The notes below the pieces were generated by a model that searched no databases, had not been told where the DNA came from, and was given only the letters and a program-made list of their open reading frames with translations. The position numbers were made by a program, and so were the translations under genes. From Phoronis australis (taxonomy: Eukaryota; Animalia; Phoronida): 42,822 nucleotides of DNA. Positions 12,555 through 24,710 of this stretch are shown one piece after another (positions within the stretch are counted from its first letter, which is position 1; the number at the start of each line of letters is the position of its first letter). The stretch spans positions 1 through 42,822 of the forward strand of contig NMRA01000774.1 of the NCBI GenBank assembly GCA_002633005.1. Reading direction: 5' to 3'.

Positions 12555-12705
12555 GAGTATCGGATGCTAAGTGGCACAGGTTAGCATAGTACCAAATGGG
12601 TACATAATACCAAATGGGTATTGGCCGATTGCCTACCAACTGGGTCGAGCAAAACGGCAAATTCAATAACAAGTACCAAGTGGGTACAAACTGCCAAATG
12701 GGCAA
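12555..12705. repeat. Cluster of TACCAAATGGGTA-like motifs, probably the interior of a non-autonomous element
   Basis: Five to six imperfect copies: taccaaatgggta twice, taccaactgggt, taccaagtgggta, tgccaaatgggca. Confidence 0.65.
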
Positions 12706-14639
12706 ATATCATATGGTCATTTCAAAGATAACCACATAACCGACCGTGCATTTAATCTGCCCAGTTATTTCGAAATCTTCGGTAATTTCCTAGTAGCTTT
12801 GAGAAGATTCGGATATCCTTGGCACCCCCACAAAAAAGCTTTACTATAGCTGCTTGTTTGAAAAGTCGAGGTCTTTCTAACTTAATCGCAACATCGTTAT
12901 AGATCCCATCGTCAACGACTGTGGTTTGACACGTTTGTCAGAATACTAATTGTAAGGCCATATGCGTTTAAGTGTAACAATAAAAAATAGCTATGAAAAC
13001 TCATGAAACCAGTGTCGTCTGACCGTACTTTGAACCATGCACGGGAAAGCGAGAATCTTGCAAATCACCGCGCCATCTATAACTACTCATAGGAAGAACG
13101 CTACAGTTACCAATCCCCATATGAAAAAGAAGTCCCTTCAACCACCAGACGGTAATCCAAAACTAGCCACTGGCCGCATAACACTTACCATGGGGCATAA
13201 TTTAAGCGCTCACCACGTCTTCCACTAACACTTGCCACACAACGCAAAAAGCCCTTACCGTATACTTTTGCACGTGCACACAGGAGTTTATTCTTGACTT
13301 GTAGTGATCTGCCCCCATTCCTTTTCGGTTTCTTTCGACAAAGCAAGAAACTTTTATGTAAAGGATGCCCTCAAATACGTCTTTCCAAATGGACTTTCTT
13401 CGTCTGTGATACATGCGTTAAGCAATAAATTTATGTTCTCATAGTGTCACCCAATTTTGCAATCATTTCTCCTCACCAAGAATCAGTGTTTCGTAACGTT
13501 TTGAGTAAAACAAATGTGTAATGAAATAGGGTAGGGGACACGCAAGTTCTCAACCCGGCATCTCAACTTAGGCTCCTGGGTAAAGGTTTAATCTCCCGTT
13601 TAGGACTGCGATGCTCTTTTGTTTAATTAAGAAGAAAATCTTTTTGATTATGACTTTTTGCATGAATATTACAGCTGTGGCCAAATAGAATATCAACGTT
13701 TTTTATTGGTGAAGTTGCTCTATCTTGCGTTGTCCCATGCACCGGGGATTTCATAAATGGCCCACATTAACTGCACGTGAGGTTAGAAAAATCGACTCAA
13801 CTGTTGTAGGATCAGAATCAGTAATTTGTTCCTTTTACCAACCTTGGAAGACCCGTGAAACTCTTGACATGTTGTGCAAACTTTCTCCTCGCGCCTGAGG
13901 TTTTCGTAGTGCATGCGTGCGACTTTTTTGCATTCGCTGTTTCCGGTGTTATTTGGTACAAATGGAGTACGACTAGAACTGTTATCACCGAAACCATACT
14001 CCAAACAAACTTTATCTGTGGTTTTGGAATATTTTGTGGTCTAGTGCCCCAAAGATTGTCACACGGACGATCATCTGCACGCAATTCGGAGATTCTATGT
14101 GCGGCCATGCGTATATTACCGCTGGCCAGCTGGCAGGCGAAACCGGTGAAGTCATCAAGGCGTATTTCCATAACTTCAAAAGTTTTGCAATTTACTTAAA
14201 ATATATCTAGAGGATCAAGCAGCACCGGAACTCTAATACGATACCAAAATTGGTAACAAATGTATATTGAACGCTAGGCCAATGGGAAAAACGCCACTTC
14301 CTGTCCTGTCCAAAGTATGAACACTTTACTTCGCAATTTATGATCATCTTGCATACCTGACAAGCTGAACAAATAGCTTTTTAATTCCAAAGCCAGTAGT
14401 AGTACCAAAGTGACAAAAACAACAGAGTGTAATAAAAGAGTTCTTGAACTAATAGGCTAGTGATTAGCAAGTTAGTAAAATTATTGATTCGTAATTATAA
14501 TTAATTGATGGTGTAATTGAACAAAAGAGAAACGAACCAGATTTATTAAACCAGTGGGAAAATAATTTTAATGATTGCTATTGGATTAAGACAAAGGTTT
14601 TAGTTATGGCTCTCTAACGGTTCTTGTGAGGAATTTAAT

Positions 14640-15190
14640 CAGATATTTATTCACAATCAGTTACCTGACCACACGCAAGGTCAATGATCTCACCATTAAG
14701 ACTTTCCTCAATCACTGGCGATTGACTTCCTCAAAAAGATAATCGTTGTTTGAGTTTTCGCTAGGTGGCGCTTGACGAGCAATAAACCTGTTGTGGGTGG
14801 CGGGGGAACTCTACTCCCTGTCCATGTTGGTAGAGTGGTTGTGCCGTCTAATTTGTCTGACTTCTCACTATTAATAACGTTGACAGACTCCTGATTTTTG
14901 GGTGTGTTCAGATAAAGCTGAGGATAGAGAACCAGTTCTCACAGATTTCTTATGCTCGTCAATACCAGTTTTTAAGAGAGGCTTGACATGAAGCACAGTG
15001 CACTTGATATGACACCACACATTTCATCAAAGGGGTTTATGTTTTTTGTAAATACCAGTAAATTTCTCAGGGTCTGACTACGTCAGAAAGGTAAATCAAC
15101 ACTGTACTTCTTGGAGATTCTGCTTAACATTCTACGTACACTTGTCCTTCTCCCTCTCCTTTTGAACAATCGGCTCACGTGAAGTCCCTA
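14640..15190 (-). mobile_element. Penelope (Poseidon-type) GIY-YIG endonuclease relic with a 3' hammerhead-like core
   Basis: LSRISKKYSVDLPF*RSQTLRNLLV..MCGVI / YQVHCASCQ / IDEHKKSVRTGSLSSALSEHTQKSG / IRRHN..NMDR. It is followed by TTGAGGA-A-GTCAATC-loop-GATTGAG-GAAAGTC at 14734-14700. Confidence 0.8.
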
Positions 15191-15268
15191 AGCTGGGACT
15201 TTCATATGTTCTACGGTGCCGCTGTTTCCCAGACCTTGCACTGTAATTCAACATCTTTACACTCCCAT

Positions 15269-15450
15269 CAAGGCCGCCGTGTTTTAGCATTCTTCATGGC
15301 CCGACATGGAACTGCACAGAACCAAACATTTCTAAACCACCTTTGCACTCTAATTTAAAACTGTTCCACCCCCTTACGCAACAAGGCTGCCGTGTTCTAG
15401 GATTTGTTATGGCCTGACATAGAACAGGCCAGCAACAAGTTCTAAACCAC
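15269..15450. repeat. Diverged direct duplication of ~70 bp (period ~113 bp)
   Basis: caaggccgccgtgttttagc...tggcccgacatggaac...ttctaaaccac versus caaggctgccgtgttctagg...tggcctgacatagaac...ttctaaaccac. Confidence 0.75.
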
Positions 15451-16929
15451 GTATAGACTGAGATACGGCTAATAACAGGGCTTGTTTACGCCCTAAACTG
15501 ATAAATTAAGACTGAGACTTATCAAAGCTTTTCAGGTCTTAAACGAGCAAAAATATCGTTGTCACGATTTTTTGGAAGAATGTCACTTCTACACCGTTCA
15601 GACTTTGAAACTAATGAAGTCTAGGGGAGAGAGCCTAAATGCTGATGACCGGGGGTGAGTTGCTGGCTACAGGCTTTGTTTCTGCCCGCTGTACTCGCAT
15701 TATAGTGAAAAATCACAATTAATTGTATAGACTGGGTCAAATAATTTTGAAACGTTTCCATTACCGATGTTGTCCTATCCTTCACTTTTGTTTTCTTTGT
15801 GATTGGCGTAACTTTTTGTGCGAGGCACTGTTTAGTACCTGTGCACCATGCAGTTTCGCTTCGAAAACAACGGCTGATGGAGAATTTCACGGGAGTGTAG
15901 CTCAACCACACTTTTGGAAGGAAAACAGAGTGCAAATGGCGTTTTTAGTATGTTCGGTCGTGGCTGTAAGGTGAGCACAACTCTTTGACAGGCCCACTTC
16001 TAAATTGAACACCGCAAATATTTCAAATAATTTTCAAAACTGCATGAGAATGGTGTACACATTGTGTTAAACTTTAATATCAAACACCGTCCGATAGTAC
16101 ATTTTAGGAAAACGAGTTCCCTCCCTGTCAGACTTCATTAAATGTTCACAAATGCAATGCAGTGCTATGCATGTCTGAGTAGTAATTTGAGAGCAGAGAA
16201 CCTTCAGAGTAGTGAACCCTTTGCGTGGTGAACCACCGGGGTAGTGATTCGTAACCCTTCGCGCAAGAACCTTATTAGTCTGGCATTCTGTCGCTTAGCT
16301 ACTCATTTGCAAGGGTCCGCGCATTGCAAATCAGTGCATCACTTACCTTAACAAAGTACTGTCACTATAAAATAAGAACATAAGAAGGGAATTCTCTGAT
16401 TTGAATGCTCAAAACGCCATCTTGACTACCGCACAGAAGGGCACACGTGGGACAGCGCGTTTTAACCATCACATATCTATGGATGTAGAAGAACGAAGTG
16501 TCAAGCCCGCAAGTGTAGATGTGTGTAGTCCATTCACAGACACATCTCATTTACACCAGACCACCATCTTGACAACTGTTCTACATGACGGACCCGCTGG
16601 GATGGAAATGCCCATGTTAACGAGGACATGCAGCTCAATGTAGCACTGGGTCGCATTAAGTTCATGCTCCCCGGGCCCAGTCGCGCCGTTCACAGTCCCC
16701 CCTGTTATACCAACCAGAAGTTCATAGCAATGCAAAAATGTTACTCAAGTGTACCAAAGAGCGTATGCATATATTTATCGATATGTCCAAGTGTACGCCA
16801 ACAGCAATACACGCCAATTGAAAAACAATGTTTGAACAGTATGAATTCGTGAAGCGATTTCAAAATACAAGTTCAGCAATCGTATGGCAACCAGACAACT
16901 TGATTCGTTGTCCAGACTGTCATTACCTT

Positions 16930-17346
16930 TTAGTAATGTTGTTTTTAAGGTATACTGAGCCCTCTGCCGTCGGGAACACCGAATGTCCGATGATAAGATA
17001 AGGTCACAGGTTGCATTTCTGATTGCCTTATTAAAGATGGACAAACGTTACGAAAAAATACTCACCAATAGCAGGTTTTTGATAATAGTTGTCTTTTAGA
17101 ATTTGTGTTGACAACCTATTTCCAGGTTGGTGGAGTGTATTATTGTCTATTGGCTATCGGGAGCACCGCCTCGCCTATCATCTGCAATCTTTTTATGAAG
17201 TATTAGAACAGAAGGCGCTCCAGTTAGCACCTGAGTCAGACCTTGTTTATGGGAAAGGAACGCTAATGACAGTTTGGAAGAGGCAAATGGGACAAAGCAT
17301 ACAAATTGGCAGACCACCTGAAGTATTGACGTACAAGTAATTTTAA
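16930..17346 (+). mobile_element. Penelope RT relic, 5' part (interrupted by the Sola3 element)
   Basis: LLEFVLTTYFQVGGVYY..AIGSTASPIICNLFM / EVLEQKALQLAP / PCLWERNANDS (~WKRYVDD) / LADHL...SNFK. Confidence 0.8.
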
Positions 17347-18000
17347 GAGCAATTCCATATAGAAACTAGATGGTGGGCTATATACATGTATGCAAAATCA
17401 CCAATTTTTTTTGAAACTTAGCATATCAGCTTGCCTTGTCAAAAGAAAACTGAGCCTGAATTTTTAAGAGTTTCCTAGTTTTTTTTTAACCCTTTTTACG
17501 ACCACTTTGTACTTTTTCCGAAAAATAGCAAATAATAGCACTTGGAAGTAGGTGACTTTTTGTCAGCAACAACACATCATCGCTTCACGCTATAGAAAAA
17601 AATAACTATATAGCAGAAAGAAGAAAGAATAACGTACAAGAAAAACTAGTTCAGATGGATTTTTTGATTTTTTATGTCCTCCCATTTTAGCCTACAAAAA
17701 TGTCATTTTCACTGCTTATTATTATGGCCATTTTTACGCATTTTTATCACTCTCTCAAATCTATATCGGATTCTTTTGGAACATGAGTTAACTTCCATCT
17801 GTTTTTGCTGTCTTTGTTCAGCCCAACGCAGGAATAAAAAATCTTGTCTCTTTCATAGTTTTTGTGTTGTCAGTTTTTTACATAACTCACTTACACAATT
17901 TTTTGCCAATCTGTGACTGTCTGTTTGATTAAAAGACTCTAGGAGGCGCTACTCGATTGTGCAATTATCTATCGACCAAGATGCCAAATAGAACGAATAT

Positions 18001-18650
18001 CATTCGCTTTGCTACATTATTGACGAAGGAGATCATGGGAAGGTGTATGAGAGATTTTCTCTTCGCGGATTTTCAGTTTTGCTGGTGCAAAAATAATAAT
18101 TTGTTATAGGATTACAGAAATCAAAAGTCAATTTTAATGTACTTATGAGTTAATAATACAACCCCATCACCATCTCATACTTCAGAGAAGCAGGTTTTAT
18201 TCTTATTAAGGGTGCCCATTACCCATTGCTTGGCCAGTTTTCAAACACCGTAACTGACTAAGAATTCCACGCACTGCCTGCAATGCATGCTGGTCCTTTT
18301 TCAGACCTCCTGGACAAATCCCTGTATATGCGCATGAAAAAGTCCCCTAAAACTATTAGCAAAGTTCATACTAAAACTAGTCAAGATCTTCGAGATCACA
18401 GGTGAAAAGAGGACGGTGGATACGAGCAGAAGTGTCGTGTTATTGGAGATACAAAGTGTCACGCAGTGCTTCTTGTACTGCACAAAAGCGACCGAGCATG
18501 GTGGCAGTGCGCCAGTGGAATTTGCAATTTCAGAAAAATAACAGGTACGGATATTTACGATTGAAAACATACATGTAATACTTTCAGTGACATCCAAGAT
18601 ACCGGCTTTCCAAACCAGTATTTAGGCAATTGGGTGTTGTTGCGACTTAC
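18001..18650 (+). pseudogene. Possible decayed protein kinase inside the Sola3 element
   Basis: One frame with several stops gives DEGDHGKVY..RGFSV (Gly loop), REA..I..GAH.PLL..EFH, IGDTKCHAVLL (catalytic-loop-like) and ICNFRK (IDFGK-like), in kinase order. Confidence 0.4.
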
Positions 18651-19199
18651 CAGCTTAAAGTTTCCCAACATGTAAATTCCGTTCATGCAGCGGACTCAAA
18701 ACCACAGTTTCTTGAAGTTATGCTAGGTTTAGTGTATAATGCATTTCTACACAACACTTCAAAAACTGCATTTTGTTTGAAGAACACAAGAGCTACTGAA
18801 ACACAAAGTCTTTTTATTTTGCTCAGAACACATGTCTAAGATAGACGTTTCTCAAAAAATCTCAGTAGTTTCAAGAGAATCAATCATGTAAAAAGTATGC
18901 TTTACAAGTCCCAAACTGAACATAAAACAAAGAACGCTAGTAAAAAGTGACAGAAGATTTCAATGTTGACCATCAGTGGCTTGAATTATTTTCCCCAAAC
19001 GGCCACCACTCAAATCTCTCCCCCATGGAAGAACCTAATTCGCGTCATATCACATTTTTTCCAATTTCGCCCAGGGTGGACCCCAGTCCCCTAGCTACGA
19101 TAATGATGACCACAACAATATCGTAAGAATAGACAACAACTAAAACAAGTTCATAATTTCCTACAGTTTGTGATGATAACTCATTCATGACTTCAAGCT

Positions 19200-21305
19200 T
19201 CAACTCATTCATTGAGGCAAACTCGTGAGCAGCAGCAGCATTAGCATCTTCAATATTCTGAATATTTCCGATTCGAGACGCGGCAACCATACGGGAAAAT
19301 CCAGCAATCTGCTACTCCGACAGGCACTCTTCAGAGGAGAAAACTTTTCTTTGCTTATTCCTGGCTTCTCGCATCATCTTTTCACAACCTCAGCTGGCTG
19401 TTGTTTTCTGCCTGACTGTTCACCTTCAGAAAATATATCACTGGGTTAAGTCTTTACCTTCTCAGAGGAGCGGACCGCTTTTCTAGTACTTTTCAGGGCC
19501 CAATCCTGCGGCGACTTGATCAACAACGTAAACGGCAGACAACTCAGGTGATGATACAGCTGTGGTAGTGGATAAAATCTCAGATTGTCTTGAAATGTGG
19601 ACGAACTGAGTCTCGTTCTGGAGGGATGATGAATGAGCAGCAAAATCCAAGTGCTCACTTAGCTCAGCATCTGTAGGAAAAGATTTCGAGCACCCATAGT
19701 GTGTGCAAGTGAACTTCGTATGACGTTCACGGGATACCAGCCCCGACTCAACCCTTGGAGTTGTAAAACACTCGAGTGTTGCAAGGTCAAGACTTTCCCG
19801 AGGCAACAGTTTACATGACTTGTTGATGGCAAGTTTTCCCTCCCCTACTCTATAGGTCTTCCATGCTCGAACGCCATCTGCGGAATACTCAGTTTGTCAG
19901 CAAACTTATCCCTGGGACACTGTGCTTGGGAAGGACCTTTGGGGCATTCACACTACAGGACGACACCTACATGTAACAGCCTTTGACATCTCCTCTAGAC
20001 TCTAGCGCATGTTTCAGGTCGACTTAATTTTGAACGTTGTTGCCTTCATTGACGAAGTACTTGGCATGGGTCTTCAAGGGTGCGATTTTCCGGTCACAGA
20101 TGTCTATTCCCTTCTGACTGGAGATGCCGGTGTTACCAGATATGTAGAACAAATGAATCAGAAGGGCGGCTGAATGGTAACAATTGGCATTGTCGGAGCG
20201 TAGGAAAGCTTCAGTCATTTGTAGATCCGTAGCTTTCACCTGCCTTAGCACATCTAGCGTTAAACAGCAAACAGTGAAAAAGTCTTGCTTGCAGGCATCT
20301 AGAGTATGGATGTAAGTATGTACCTGAAATACAATAATTATGTAACTCAAATAGGTCAGCTAGTTTAAAGAACTACCTTATTATATTTTATTACCACCTA
20401 AACTGCAATCACACCTCTCAACTTCAAACATGGTTCGTCCCAACACGGTTATTCTATCAGTAGCTCCTTCAAAACATTTCTAGGAAGGGGGAAATTTACC
20501 CTTCATAAAGATATGCAAATCATCCATAAGTACAAAATGGCTTCAGTTAAAATGAAGGCTTGTATGCAAAATCTACTAAGAGAAAAATAATGCATCACTG
20601 TCAAGCTTTTGTTGGGAAATGGCAAGAAAAAGACTAGATATTAAGTGCACACTCCCTGTATCTTGTACTGTTACAGTAAATCAATATACTAAAAAGAGGT
20701 AAAGGCAACAGCATTGTTCATCACTGGCTTTCTGTTTAATATTGAGCACATCTGAGAATTACTTTGTAACACCTTGAATACTAATTGAGGATTTATTTTT
20801 ACCTGATGTCTTTCACCTTTCTTTGTGATACACTGTACAAGCCGCCACGTGCCATGACATCCTTTTTACCAAACAAGTCGGACTGTGCTTCACGGAAACT
20901 GATGGGTATGAACTTCATTGCAAAATCCATTACAACCAAAACTTGGTGTGGGGTGAGAGATGACATCAGATCCTGTTTTGATTGTTCCTGGTTTATCCCT
21001 CTGAGAATATTCTGTGTGTTGGTGATAACAGAACGTCAGTTTTTGTCTAAAACCAAGTCCAAACTCATGTCGATGTGAAAAATATATAACGGCGCATTTC
21101 CATTGGTTTGCCAGTCCAACCTCCTATCTCCAGCTCTGGCAAGAATCAGCTGTAATTCCGATATAGTTTCAAACTTTTGTGGCACTTTGCACGACCTCAG
21201 ATGACTTCTGACGTCTTTAACACACCTATTGAAGGCCACATTTCCTCCGCGATCATACGTATGTAACGAAAATAGACCAAATGTACAGGAAGGAAATTCC
21301 TCCAT
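19200..21305 (-). pseudogene. Sola3 transposase pseudogene with an intron at ~20324-20802
   Basis: SELQLILARAG; ILRGINQEQSKQD...VVMDFAMKFIPISFREAQSDLFGK..SWHV; RSDNANCYH..ICDRK..YFVNEGNN; C2H2 finger FTCTHYGCSKSF..HLDFAAH; WALKSTRKAVR. GT donor at 20802 and AG acceptor at 20324. Frameshifts and a large internal deletion are present. Confidence 0.85.
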
Positions 21306-22049
21306 ATTCCTTGCAGTGACAGGAAGTGCATGTAATGTCCAACCCTAAAGTGTTATTGGTAAAATTAAACAAAGAATGGAGTGTTTATGAAAATTGGGGT
21401 CTCAAAAGTGAAATCTAAATGTTTGTGATATTGCATTGTTGATATTAGATCATATATTTTAGGTGATATCTCTAAACTAAAAGAGTAGCCTCAACTCTCT
21501 TGTCAGTCAGAGTAAGGCCACATCACAAAAATGCCCAAATTCGAGGGATACGTTAAACCTAAATATATAAGAGACAAGTTTTTTTAAAAGCAATTATCAA
21601 CGTTCAATCTTAGAAGTGTCTACAAACAGAATTTCAACTTCAAATATATAGCAGGCAGGTTAAGCAACATCTTGCCACTTGTGACTGGCCTGAAAGTGGT
21701 CTTGGAGTTTTCTCCCCTGCTGGAAATTTAATTGTACCTATGAGTTGCAAATTTCATTTTCTTACTAACCTTACACGAGTCTTTTGACTATCAATGTCAA
21801 ACTTTGTCACCAGTTTTCCAAGTCTGATTTTTGCCGTTCAAAAATGCAGTTTTACTGACATGAAAAAATGCAAAATATGACTTTATAGCCAAATAGGTAA
21901 TATCTCGGTAACCAAAGGTCACTGAGTGCAAGTATTGCAGCAGTGTACTTTGGGCCAGCATCCCAACATGCACAAAGTATTAGTTGTGTATGAATTTTTG
22001 AGTATATAGTGATTTTTCATGTTCATATGGTTTTTATATGGAATCATAC

Positions 22050-22600
22050 TTAAGTTTTTGTTTGAGGAAGAAAAGGCCCTTTTCTAATATCTTTCTTGGA
22101 CATGTTTATTTGTCGCATCGCTGATGAAAGTTCACAAATCACACAGACCAGTGTCTCCATTTTCAGTCAACACGCCGATGCAGATTAAGTTAGAAGCCAA
22201 CGTTTGATACTGAATATGCTTTTGAGGTATTAAATTGGTTGGGTTAATAAAACAGTTTGTCTGATTGCTATCATCAACGTTTACTTTCATTCAAGCATAA
22301 TATTACTTGTCGGTGCGTCTTTAAAATCAATTTCACATGCATCTTATGTGGCGGATGGTCATTTCTGGCCATGTCAATGAGCAAGAATCGGCAATTGTTT
22401 TGCTGATTTCTAGGATTTTGGGGCCCATTATTCAGTGCAAACAAACATCAAGAATGCCTTTTATGGATTAAGATCGCTATCTCTATGTAAAGACCAATGT
22501 TGTATTCTATGATAGCCCACGATCTGTTTTTTTAGAACAAATTCCCAAGGCAAATCGACAACGCTCACGAAAATCTTCAAGCATACAAATACACTCCGTT
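22050..22600 (+). mobile_element. Penelope RT relic, 3' part
   Basis: KFLFEEEK..SFLDMFICRIADES..NHTDQCLHFQS (~KFTxEEE..PFLDV..DGS..THTDQYLxFxS), later HIKNAF and KIFKHTNTLR. The 3' boundary is uncertain. Confidence 0.75.
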
Positions 22601-24629
22601 TATTAATGAAACTATATGTAATTACATCTCATAGCACGATTAATGCCTGGTACTACTATACTGCAGCCAAGAGATCTCTTACAAAATATGTAAGCGTAAA
22701 ATATTAGTATGGCAAAACTGATAGGTCTAAAATCCAAACGACAAAATGCTCTTAGAGTTTCAAAAGTGCTGTTGTAACTGAAACTTTTCCAGAACATTAA
22801 AGCCATGTCCACACGTTACATTTTCCAAGATAATTATGGTATAGCGATGTACAAGTAAACCTGTGAGTCAGAACACTTACAGGTGGGTCATCACAACTGC
22901 ATATCGATTGTACGTGTCATCGGCTGCTCTTTGGGAGACCTAAAATAGTCAGGGATTACTTCAAGGTGGAGGACATCTAACGTATCAGTCTCAAAAAACG
23001 CGGGCGTTCCCAATCTAATACAGCACACTACGGGGAATTCTCTTTTTCAGAAACATGCGCACACCAAACAGGAAATTTGCATGCGGTATGTCACTGAAAC
23101 CACACTTAAAATGTCAGTGCAGTACCGGAGTGGCAAAAAACAGTGCAAACATGTTAATGCTGACACTTCATGATGAGTGCACGAATTTCCCTAAATAGCC
23201 AAGAGTCAGAGATTCAACAAACATGTTCCAGTATTTCAGTGGAGAAATCACATTTGTTTCACTCAAAGCATATTTCCAAGACGAAAAACAACCTTAAAAT
23301 TGTATATGAAATATTGTTCTTGTTTTTATTGGAAAAAGGTAAAGTGTGGACTGGACTCACTACAGGTAATAGGAACGATATTTTACAACACGTTTTACAA
23401 ATTTTTGCATCAATTAAACCATGGCAACGATAAATTGCAAAAGGTTATGCACATGTGGGACCTTATCGATTAGGCTGTGTATGTTGGTTAATTCCAACAA
23501 ATCTATAGATTTTAACCAAGGATTAGTATATATATTCTGAAAATAGAAAACTTGTAAAATCTTATTTTCTCTTTTAACTAATTCAAAAATACCTGGGTCA
23601 CGTCAAAGTGTGCTTTTATTAAATTTAGCAAAAATGATGGTACATCGACTGCAGAACAACGGTATCAATAACATGACCAATTTTTATTTACTATAAATGT
23701 ACATGGTGAAATCTCACAAACCCTTTTTCAAAAAATTATATACCGGTATTCGTTTTCATTTGACTTTTGTTTTTCATAAATATCAGAGAAGTAGTATTTT
23801 TGATAGCCCCTCCTCCAAGAATGAGAAATTTTATGAAAAGATCCCAACAGTATTTTGGAGGGTAGTGCGTAAATTATGGTATCTGGAAGTTTCACATGAT
23901 TCCGATTATCCATTTCAGAGATAACGTGTTCCAAAATTCGCCCATTGTTTGGCGGTCCTACACAACCTTAAACAAAAATCTACTTTAAGCAAGTGTGCCA
24001 TATCTACAACTATTTACGATACGTCAAAATATAGCAACAGTCAACAAAACTCGAGTCCTACTCCAAGAGTACAAACATATCTTGAACAGAAAATATAATG
24101 AACAAGACCAAATATTTTGCATCTGATTACTATCGAAACTAAATTTTCAACAGCCTATGGGTGACCCTTTGTACATGTATATTCGTTTGGAACACAGTCC
24201 CTGTGCGTTGGAACTGGGAAATGTAGGCCGTTGAGACGTCATGGTGAACAGAAAACCTATGATCTTCCAATTTTTGCTAGAATAATAGTCTTCGTGATGT
24301 TCAACATATGCCATGAATCATTGTCTTTAAACATAACACAGCCGCCTATGAAACCGTGACTGTAATGCTTTTGTAAAAAGTTTTCTCTAAACATGTTTTT
24401 TTAAGTAAAATGTACCAGCATCATCATATCTAACTTAACAATTTTCATACACTCTGTCATCATAAATATTGTCTCAACTTATATCTACCTCCTAAAAACA
24501 GAGAACAAAAACATCTAAGTCACTCTTAAAAATGCCCGAAAACCTTCAATTTGTTCGATGATTTCTATGTTGCTTGCAAATAATGGTACATGTAACTCGA
24601 TGGGAAATCTTCATTTCGTATGGACAATA

Positions 24630-24710
24630 GCTCTTACCACTGAGCTACTGATGACTCAGATATCGTCTCCTCAGTAGCTCAGTGGTAAGAGCACTAGACC
24701 GGCAATTTAG
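24630..24710. repeat. Back-to-back tRNA-derived half sequences (SINE-like); not a tRNA gene
   Basis: Perfect 22 bp inverted repeat GCTCTTACCACTGAGCTACTGA (24630-24651) / TCAGTAGCTCAGTGGTAAGAGC (24671-24692). Each arm is an A-box/D-arm. There is no B-box or T-arm. Confidence 0.75.

Larger units (their letters stand above)
17347..22049 (-). mobile_element. Sola3-like DNA transposon, internally deleted, with TTAA target duplication
   Basis: TTAA at 17343-17346 and 22050-22053. The left end starts GAG, and the ~20 bp TIR matches at 15/20 (GAGCAATTCCATATAGAAAC vs GTATGATTCCATATAAAAAC). It contains Sola3 transposase motifs, and the flanks rejoin into a Penelope RT. Confidence 0.85.

Noticed and set aside
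12555-12705. CRISPR-like repeat-spacer pattern
   Set aside because: The repeats are ~13 bp, irregular and degenerate. The context is eukaryotic and there are no cas genes.
12750-14200. Possible gypsy gag relic (KPQARGESL, LEYGFG) behind the overlapping ORFs at 13783-14199
   Set aside because: Only two weak motifs, with no LTR, protease or RT support.
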